Below are positions 18,261 through 26,600 of a DNA stretch of 53,960 bases, piece by piece. This stretch comes from Chlorobiota bacterium (GTDB lineage Bacteria > Bacteroidota > Ignavibacteria > Kapaibacteriales > UBA2268). The notes under the pieces were generated by a model that was not told the origin of the DNA, did not search any database, and saw nothing but the letters and a program-made list of their open reading frames with translations. The translations under genes were made by a program, and so were the position numbers. The stretch covers positions 1-53,960 of the forward strand of contig JBFHKR010000002.1 of NCBI GenBank assembly GCA_041595255.1, written 5' to 3'. Numbering within the stretch: position 1 is the stretch's first letter; the number at the start of each line of letters is the position of its first letter.

Positions 18261-19914
18261 ATACTAAGTGATATTCAGCAATATTCATACAAGCTCTAAT
18301 AAATGTTCTTAATAGAGTATTAACTATATTCGTATTTTCCTCATTGTCAGGGTCTAATTCATAGGCTGTCCAAACCGCAGCCCAATGGTAATCTTCATAC
18401 CCTTCAGGTATTAAGTTCAGTCTCAGATATTCAAGTTGTTTTTTAGTTAATTCTATAGGTAAAAAGAATTCTGCTAACTCTTTAATTAAAGTTGGTGCAT
18501 CTACAGGATTAGAAGTTTGTTTTGCTAATTCGAATGCATCAAAACTAACTGTAAAGCCCCTACCTTCTATAACGGGTACACCAGCTACATAATCAGCTAA
18601 AACTGCTCTATAAGGAGCTGAGACACTTGTAACCCAAAATCTATGATATCCTGGTGCTTGATACATAGCAGGCCATCCTGAAACACTAGGAGGTTCACCT
18701 AATATCATTTCTTGAATGGCTACATAATTGAATCCTAGATTAAGCCATGCTGGGTATTGCCCTGTATAAAAACGAGGAAAACTCATTTCTAAATTTCTGT
18801 AAATAGAAACCACAAAATCTAGAGGACTTTTTATAACGCAACCTATATTCCAATTGTCATAGAAATGTGCTGAGCTAAATAATGCCTTTAGGACGGGTCT
18901 AATTTCATAATTATTATTTCTAAGTAAATCGGCCATAGGCTTTATTACATTATTTTCTGTTTGTTCATCTATTTCATAGTAAACAAACCAACGATAAATC
19001 TTTCTAGAAATAAATAAAGCTGTTTCTTCTTGATCTAAAATCATAGAAATTAGTTCTTTATATTCATCACCTTCTTTATTTGTAATTACTTTATTTCCAA
19101 ATGCAGAAGAAAATTGCTTACTAGTTTTATCATGAAGTTGACTAAAATATTTAGTTTCAGTTGTGTCTCTTAATGCTCTCCAACCCGTTAGAACTTTCGA
19201 AGCCGCTAAAACATCATCTTCAGTATAGTGTGTATAGTTGCCTGGGCCAATTTGAGGTCCCTTTCCTATTGTGAATAGTTCCATTAACTCACGAGCAAAA
19301 TTTTCGTTAGGTCGACCTACTACATTCTCATTACCATTTAAATAACGTAACATTGCTGCATTTATAGTCATTTTTTCTGTTAGAGTTCTAAAGTTTCCAA
19401 GTGTATTATCTCTTAGAGTTTTATAATAATCGAATGTATAATTCTCATCTCTTACTGTAAGCATTTGAGTAACAAAGTGATTGTGCCAAAAGAGGGTCAT
19501 CTTTTCACCTACATTGTTACCAGCACCAACTATATTACCAAACCATCTTGCTACAAAGCTTTCAATTCTAGGGTTGAAAGTATTGGGACCTGGAGGTAGA
19601 CCTACCCAAGAATCACCAATTTTGGAATAAGGGTCAGCATTATCTCTATAATTAAGAGGCAATTCCATAGGGTCATCAAATTGGAGTATCTTTTCTACTG
19701 CACTATCAAGAGTTAATTCCGAGAATTCAGCAATATCTTTAATTCTTGGGCCGAAAGTGGCTCTTCTTAATAAATGAGCTGCAGTTTTTTTATTCCAATC
19801 ACCTGTATATTTTTCTAACCCAGCTTCGATTAGAACTCCATTAGTTCTTTTCGGGATAGTTCCTTCTGGTAGATTATATTCTTTTGAGGTAAAGTCGAGT
19901 AAAGTATTTTTCAT
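18259..19914 (-). CDS. DUF1800-family protein
   Basis: 551 aa. Family motifs are 'AAHLLRRATFGP', 'LFWHNHF', 'AAMLRYLNGNEN' and 'NENFARELMELFTIGKG'. The first roughly 50 residues contain no hydrophobic signal peptide. Confidence 0.85.
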   Translation of the reverse strand: MKNTLLDFTSKEYNLPEGTIPKRTNGVLIEAGLEKYTGDWNKKTAAHLLRRATFGPRIKDIAEFSELTLDSAVEKILQFDDPMELPLNYRDNADPYSKIGDSWVGLPPGPNTFNPRIESFVARWFGNIVGAGNNVGEKMTLFWHNHFVTQMLTVRDENYTFDYYKTLRDNTLGNFRTLTEKMTINAAMLRYLNGNENVVGRPNENFARELMELFTIGKGPQIGPGNYTHYTEDDVLAASKVLTGWRALRDTTETKYFSQLHDKTSKQFSSAFGNKVITNKEGDEYKELISMILDQEETALFISRKIYRWFVYYEIDEQTENNVIKPMADLLRNNNYEIRPVLKALFSSAHFYDNWNIGCVIKSPLDFVVSIYRNLEMSFPRFYTGQYPAWLNLGFNYVAIQEMILGEPPSVSGWPAMYQAPGYHRFWVTSVSAPYRAVLADYVAGVPVIEGRGFTVSFDAFELAKQTSNPVDAPTLIKELAEFFLPIELTKKQLEYLRLNLIPEGYEDYHWAAVWTAYELDPDNEENTNIVNTLLRTFIRACMNIAEYHLV

Positions 19915-19961
19915 AATTAAACCTAGTTTGTTTCTAGTAATATATTATAAACACATTAAAT

Positions 19962-20002
19962 AAAAAAAGGTTTAACAAAATATGAAAATTTTATTAAACC
20001 TT
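19962..20002 (-). terminator. Rho-independent terminator after the ABC-F gene (minus strand)
   Basis: A 9-bp stem pairs aaggtttaa (19967-19975) with ttaaacctt (19994-20002). On the minus strand it is followed by a T7 run. Confidence 0.6.
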
Positions 20003-20029
20003 ATAATTATTTTATACTTAATGAGCTAA

Positions 20030-21658
20030 CTATTCCACAATCGGCTCTTCATAAATTTCTTTTCTTCTTTCTTTTATATCGGGATCTTTCACATATTCAT
20101 CATAAGTACACATTTTATCTATATAACCATATGGGCCAATTTCTATAATTCTATTAGCTGTCGACTCCATAAGTTGATGATCATGAGATGAGAATAGCAG
20201 AACTTGATCATATTTTTCGAGACCATCATTCAATGCAGATATCGATTCCAAATCTAAGTGGTTAGTAGGTTCATCTGCTACAAGTACATTAGCACCTTCC
20301 ATCATCATTTTTGATAACATACATCTTACTTTTTCACCTCCAGACAATACATTCACTGGTTTTAGAGCATCTTCACCAGAGAATAGCATTCTACCTAAAA
20401 ACCCTCTTATATAAGTCTCGTCACTATCTTTCGAATATTGTCTTAACCAATCTGTAATAGGTAAATATGAATTAAAAAATTCAGAATTTTCTTTAGGGAA
20501 GTAACTTGATTTTATTGTTTGACCCCATTCTATTGTACCAGTGTCAGGTTCCATCTCTCCCATTATAATATCAAAGAATACTGTTTTCGCAACATCATTT
20601 TTACCAACGAATGCAATTTTATCTTTCGGATTAACTTGTAAATTAAAATCTTTGAATATTACTTCACCGTCAATAGATTTTGATAAATTCTCAATGTTAA
20701 GAACTATATTTCCAACTTCTCTATCTGCTTTGAATTCTATATATGGGAATCTTCTTGAAGTATGAGGTATATTTTCAACAGTCAATTTATCAATCATTTT
20801 CTTACGAGCAGTTGCTTGTTTTGCTTTGGATGCATTTGCACTGAATCTACTAATGAAGTCTTTTAGTTCTTTTATTTTGTCTTCAGCTTTCTTATTCGAA
20901 TCTTTTGTTTGTTTAAGTGACAATTGTGAAGCTCTTAGCCAAAACTCATAATTACCAGGGAACATATTTATTTGACCATAATCTATATCAGTTATATGAG
21001 TACAAACTGTATTTAGAAAGTGTCTATCGTGAGATACAACTAGAACTGTATTATTGAAATTTATTAAAAATTCTTCTAACCAGTTTTTAGAATTAATATC
21101 CAAGTTATTAGTTGGCTCATCTAATAATAATATATCTGGATTACCAAAAAGAGCTTGTGCCAATAAGACTTTGATTTTCTCACCTGCTTCCAAATCTTTC
21201 ATTAATGAATCATGTAAATCCTCAGAAACACCTAATCCTGAGAGTAGCATTCCAGCTTCAGCCTCCGCTTCATATCCATTCATGTCGGCGAAGTCTGCTT
21301 CTACTTCCCCCATTTTCATACCTTCTTCTTCAGTAAATTCGGTTTTAGAATAAAGCTCGTCCCTTAACTTCATTAAATTATAAAGTTCCTTGTGACCCAT
21401 AATAACTGTATCTAAAACCTTTTCATTATCAAATTTGAATTGGTCTTGTTCTAATACAGCCATTCTTAACTTTGAACCTATTTGAACATCACCTTTCTGA
21501 GGTTCTATTTCACCTGCAAGTATCTTTAGAAATGTGGATTTACCAGCACCATTAGCACCAATAATTCCATAACAGTTCCCAGGTGTAAATTTTAGACTTA
21601 CATCTTTGAATAGTGGTTTTTTACCAAAAGCCAATGTTATATTATTTACCGTAATCAT
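20030..21658 (-). CDS. ybiT: ABC-F family ATPase (YbiT-like; no transmembrane domain)
   Basis: 542 aa, colinear by recall with E. coli YbiT ('VLDTVIMGHKEL', 'RFSANASKAKQATARKK'). NBD1 has 'GANGAGKST' and 'LLLDEPTNNLD'. NBD2 has 'LSGGEKVR' and 'LVADEPTNHLD'. Confidence 0.85.
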   Translation of the reverse strand: MITVNNITLAFGKKPLFKDVSLKFTPGNCYGIIGANGAGKSTFLKILAGEIEPQKGDVQIGSKLRMAVLEQDQFKFDNEKVLDTVIMGHKELYNLMKLRDELYSKTEFTEEEGMKMGEVEADFADMNGYEAEAEAGMLLSGLGVSEDLHDSLMKDLEAGEKIKVLLAQALFGNPDILLLDEPTNNLDINSKNWLEEFLINFNNTVLVVSHDRHFLNTVCTHITDIDYGQINMFPGNYEFWLRASQLSLKQTKDSNKKAEDKIKELKDFISRFSANASKAKQATARKKMIDKLTVENIPHTSRRFPYIEFKADREVGNIVLNIENLSKSIDGEVIFKDFNLQVNPKDKIAFVGKNDVAKTVFFDIIMGEMEPDTGTIEWGQTIKSSYFPKENSEFFNSYLPITDWLRQYSKDSDETYIRGFLGRMLFSGEDALKPVNVLSGGEKVRCMLSKMMMEGANVLVADEPTNHLDLESISALNDGLEKYDQVLLFSSHDHQLMESTANRIIEIGPYGYIDKMCTYDEYVKDPDIKERRKEIYEEPIVE

Positions 21659-21750
21659 CTTATTTTATTCTTACTTTAGTTTTTTGAATAGTTACAAACT
21701 TAATACTTTTAATTTCGATAATGAAGTAAAAAATTCTAATTAATGTAATT

Positions 21751-21785
21751 AAAAAAAGGTTACTTGAATAAGCAACCTTTTTAAA
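21751..21785 (-). terminator. Rho-independent terminator after the M2 peptidase gene (minus strand)
   Basis: The stem aaaggtta-c / g-caaccttt has one mismatch. It is flanked by an A-run and a T-run, and the minus strand reads stem then TTTTTTT. Confidence 0.55.
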
Positions 21786-21809
21786 ATGTACAGATTATTA
21801 GAATAATAC

Positions 21810-23639
21810 TTATTTTGTTATTTTATCTGGTAAAGTATGAGTTCTACCTTTGTTTTGTTCTTTTAGCCAAATATAAAGAGGATCGAAATATTCTAACATC
21901 GCTTTAGCGCTTATTTCTTCTCCTAGTTCATCTTTCATTAATTTTCTCCAATCCACTGTTGCCCCAGGAGTTAATATTTTAGAAAGAAATTTACCCGTTT
22001 CTTTACTTCCCCAATAATTTGTATTATGAGGATCTTGTTTAAGTATTTTCTTTGCTATATGATCGTGCAATTGGAATAATGTTACAATAGAAAGTGCATA
22101 ATCATAGTACTGCGCGGGATCATTATTTATATGTGTTTTAGTACAAGCGTCACAATACTCCTCGCCTCTTTCGTTGGGTGGTACTATACCTTGATATTTC
22201 TTTTTTATTTCCCACCATTTACTATTGAATTGGTTCACAGGTAAATTTTCAGCATACAGTGAATATTCGAATTCTGTCATTACTCCAGCACCCCATGGTA
22301 TAAGAACAACTTGTTCTAATGCTTCTTTTAGTAATAATTTTATTTCATCTAATTTAACATCTTTTGACAAAAGACCTCTTTCTTGTAAAAAAGGTTTTTG
22401 CATAGCTGCAAGTCCTAACATAGAACCAACACCTTCATGAAATGCTCTATTAGCTCCACCTCGTAGAATGTATGGTACATCAGGATTTGAGTAAAGCATG
22501 TAATAGTATATGTGTCCAAGTTCGTGAAGTGTAGTGCCCCACCATTTCGTATTTGCTTCTACACTCATCAATGAACGAACATCATCATCTAAGTTCATAT
22601 GCCATGCTGAGGCATGATTATTTTTCATATATCCAGCATCGGGGGCTACAGGGTAAAGACTTGATTTTTCATAGAAAGACTTTGGTAGAGGGGGAAGACC
22701 CATACTTTTATAGAATTCCTCTCCTGTTTCTACAATCCATTCAGGTGATTTCTGACCAAGTATCCCATCTAAATCAAATCCTTCAACTTCGACTATAGAG
22801 TTCCATTCTTGCCCCCATCTATTTGGTAACCAATGTGCTGGCAGATAATCAGGTACTTTCTCACCATACTTTTTAGCTAGTTCGTGTCTTGTCCAAGTAT
22901 GAAGTTCTCTATATAAAGGCCAAATATCATTTATTACCTTATGTAACAAGTCTCTCATTTCTTCTACTTCCATTCCGTAGTCAGAAATTTGATAATCGAT
23001 AAAATTATCATAACCAAGAGGTTTTACTGATTTATTTCTTAGATCACGAAGTGTGTCTATACCTCCTTTCAGTGTTTTACCAATATCTTTACTCGCATTC
23101 CAAGCTGCTAATTTTTGCGAAGGTTTTTTATCACTTGCTAATATTTTATCAATTTCATTAGTTGATATTTCTTTACCATTAAGCATATATTTATAACCAT
23201 ATAACTTCTTAGTTTGGCTTGCCTCGGCTGCTATTTTTTCATCAATTAATGAACCTAATGTAGCTGGATTGCTTGCTGCTGCATATTTTATAGCATTTAA
23301 CTGCTTCACTTGAAGTGGAGTAAGCTTATCTTTGACTTTCAGAAACCCTTCAGCAGTGTTGATATTCATTTCACTCCCTGTAAAATCAGCCATTGACTTT
23401 GATGCCAATTTTACATTATATTCAGCTAATGTATCACCTTCAACTATATGAGTATTAAGAACCCATTCTGCCTCAGCCGCAGCATAGTATAAGTCCTTAT
23501 ATTTGTTGTTATAATCGTCCAAGTATCTCTGAACAGAATCTTGTAAACTTTTGTTCTCATTAGATTCCAAGTCTTTAGAATCTGAACATGCTATTAAAAA
23601 TAGCATAGAAACGAATATCAAGGAAGAAATTATCTTCAT
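21810..23639 (-). CDS. Peptidase family M2 (angiotensin-converting-enzyme-like peptidyl-dipeptidase), lipoprotein
   Basis: 609 aa. The lipobox is 'LFLIACSD'. The zinc site is 'TLHELGHIYYYMLY' (HExxH) plus a downstream 'HEGVGSMLGL' (ACE 'HEAIGD' equivalent). 'NHASAWHMNLDDDVRSLMSV' parallels ACE 'HASAWDF..DFRIKQC'. An SD (AGAGGT) lies 8 nt upstream. Confidence 0.8.
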   Translation of the reverse strand: MKIISSLIFVSMLFLIACSDSKDLESNENKSLQDSVQRYLDDYNNKYKDLYYAAAEAEWVLNTHIVEGDTLAEYNVKLASKSMADFTGSEMNINTAEGFLKVKDKLTPLQVKQLNAIKYAAASNPATLGSLIDEKIAAEASQTKKLYGYKYMLNGKEISTNEIDKILASDKKPSQKLAAWNASKDIGKTLKGGIDTLRDLRNKSVKPLGYDNFIDYQISDYGMEVEEMRDLLHKVINDIWPLYRELHTWTRHELAKKYGEKVPDYLPAHWLPNRWGQEWNSIVEVEGFDLDGILGQKSPEWIVETGEEFYKSMGLPPLPKSFYEKSSLYPVAPDAGYMKNNHASAWHMNLDDDVRSLMSVEANTKWWGTTLHELGHIYYYMLYSNPDVPYILRGGANRAFHEGVGSMLGLAAMQKPFLQERGLLSKDVKLDEIKLLLKEALEQVVLIPWGAGVMTEFEYSLYAENLPVNQFNSKWWEIKKKYQGIVPPNERGEEYCDACTKTHINNDPAQYYDYALSIVTLFQLHDHIAKKILKQDPHNTNYWGSKETGKFLSKILTPGATVDWRKLMKDELGEEISAKAMLEYFDPLYIWLKEQNKGRTHTLPDKITK

Positions 23640-23666
23640 TTTATATTACCTCTATTTATTGTTAAT

Positions 23667-26600
23667 TTATCGAATGATTGTCATTTTCTTAATTATCTCC
23701 ATTGAAGGAGTCTCTAACTTATACAAATAATTACCAGATGATAAGATTTGTGGATTTATTTCAATTGAGTATTCACCAGGTTCGTGAAATTTATTAACTA
23801 ATTCTTTTATTTTATTACCTAATATGTCATAAATGGAAATATTTACATTCGAATTCTCAATTACTTTGTATTCTATTCTTGCCTCTCTATCTACAGGGCT
23901 TGGAATGGTCTCTGTCATATAAGCACGACCATAATCTATTATATATCTATCTGTAGGAATAGTAACAATATTAGTAACAGTAATACTACCTTTTTCTATA
24001 TCTTCAATATAAAATCCATTATCCAAATGAGTTGACTCTTCTAGTCTAATTTCAGAGTAGGAAGTGTCGCCTAAAGTTACTACCATCGGTATAGAGTATA
24101 AAGTGGACTCTCCACTAAGTGGTATTTGTAATTTAATTATTCTTTCACCATTGATAATAGTACCTATATACTTCTCATCTATGGGAGCAATAATACTGGA
24201 ATTTAAGATTAGATTAGTACTAATAGTGTCGTTTGATGGAATATCAACACCTGATGTATTTATAAAACTAATAGTTAAATCAACTCTAGACCCTGTCTCA
24301 GCAGTTATAGATTCAGGTCTTATAGATATATAATCACTCCCTCCAATATCTGCTAATAGATTTATCTTATATTCTCTATTACAATCGTCTTTTATTATAA
24401 TAATTCCATTATATTGAGTGTTGATTTCACCACCAATGAAACTAATATATATTGTTGCTTCTTCATTAGGTTTTAATACTTCAGGCTTTATGGAGTCCAC
24501 TTCAAAATAAATATCATTTATAAAGCTAGTGTTTACAGTAGTATTACCAGTATTTTCCAATTTTAAAGTTCGAGAGTATTTCCTATTACTTCTTAACCCT
24601 TCAAATTCAATACTATTTGCTGAAAGTTCTAACATTGTTTTATTTTGAAATGCATTTATTCTAATTGTATTAAGATTTGCTATACTATTAGAAGCATTTG
24701 ACCTGATTACTAAATCGGAGCTTATATTTCCTAATTCATTTGGAGTATAGATTAATGCAATGGTTATACTATCATTTGGCAAAACTATATAGTCAGTCAA
24801 TAAATTTTTCAAAGCGAATTCTTTACTATCGACTCCATCAAAATATAAACTATCTATTATTAGATTGTTTGACCCAACATTATATAAAGTAATTTCAAAT
24901 AATAATTCAGTATGACAATTAATTGTTCCAAGATCTTTCAAATTGTTAAAACCGATGATTGGAACACCATCAGACACTATTACTGAAAGTGGTACTACCA
25001 AATCATGACTGCAACCAATACCATAAATAAATTTATAATCAATTATAGTATCTTTTGGATTACCTAAGAATTTGAATGTAACTAATGATGTATCACCTTG
25101 GCCAATAGATTTAGGTTCTGCATTTATTAATTCGAATTTGTCTAAAAGTAAAGGCAATTCAAAATCATAGTTTATTCTCGAATTATTAACTATTTTAATT
25201 GATTCAGTAACTGTACTATTAGTCACAATAGTTCCAAAATCTAGTTTATTAGTTAAAAGTTCTAAATTAACTGTATCCCTTTCTCCAATTAGATCAACGA
25301 AGATTTTATTATCATCACCAGTTAGATTTGTTATGAATTCTAAAGTATTTTGAAATAATCCAATACCATTATCAATAAAATTTATATTTATTGCTATCGA
25401 ATCATTAGGTGATATTCTCTTTGGTAAATTTACATCTATATTATAGCTGTTTATACCGCTTACTTGGTTATAAGTTACTATTTCAATTGTATCTAGACTA
25501 AAGTTCTTCAGGAAAATAGTTGTATCCAATTCAACATTACAACCTATTATTCCAAAGTCAACTTTCTCAACTATTTGTATGTTAGACCTAATTGCGTTAC
25601 CTTCTAAATCAATAAAAATAGAAGAACATAAGTCTTTTGAACTTAACTTTATCAAACCACTATAATAACCAGATTCTTTAGGTTGAAAACTAACTTCTAG
25701 ATATAAATTCTCACCAACCTTTATTTCTGTTAAGTTATCGTTTGTTATTGAGAAAATTTCCTCACCTAATAAAAATTCAACTTCATCAAAAACTATTTTT
25801 GAATTAGTACTGTTTAAAAAAATATTTTTCCTAATTATTTTATTGGAGTTGACCAAAGTATTAATAAATTCAAATTTGTTATCAGAAATATTGAGGTCTA
25901 TATTTGATATATTACTGTTTATAAAAATAGAATCGGTTCTATTACCATAAAAAACTATGAGCTTATGTCTGTGTATACCTGGACTAATAGGGGAGTAGAT
26001 TATATTTAAAAGAAGCGATTCATTTAGTTCCAACTCCAAAGGAAAAGTATCAAGAATTCGAATTTCGTTAGAGCTTGAAATTATTGAATCAATTCTTATA
26101 GCTGGTTGGTTTTTATTTTTAAAAAAATCACTTAACTCAAAATAGTATGACTCATTTTTACATAAATCTCCGAGATTCACTTCTTTTATATCGAATTCTT
26201 TACTTTTGATTGACCACAGATTATCTGATATATCTGAATCTAATGTTCTATATGAAAAAGGGAAATCATCTATATTCCATACAAGAGCTGTATTAGTGTC
26301 GATGGAAGATATAATCATTTTGTTATTTGCAAAAGAAGTTTTAATATTGCTTTTATGTATATCAATGTTAATTATTTTAGTGTTATCTGTATTCCAGTGT
26401 TCAAGAATATTACTCCCATTTGATTGAAGTATAACAGAATTATTAGATGTCCATTCTGCATTTGTAAGATTTGATAATTGATTTCTTACTATTCTCTGAT
26501 CTTGATTTAATTTATAGTTTCCATTTTGACCTGAAATCGAGAATAGTCTTAAGTCTCTGAATTCGTAAACAACAAATAACTTAGATCCATTTTTATTCCA

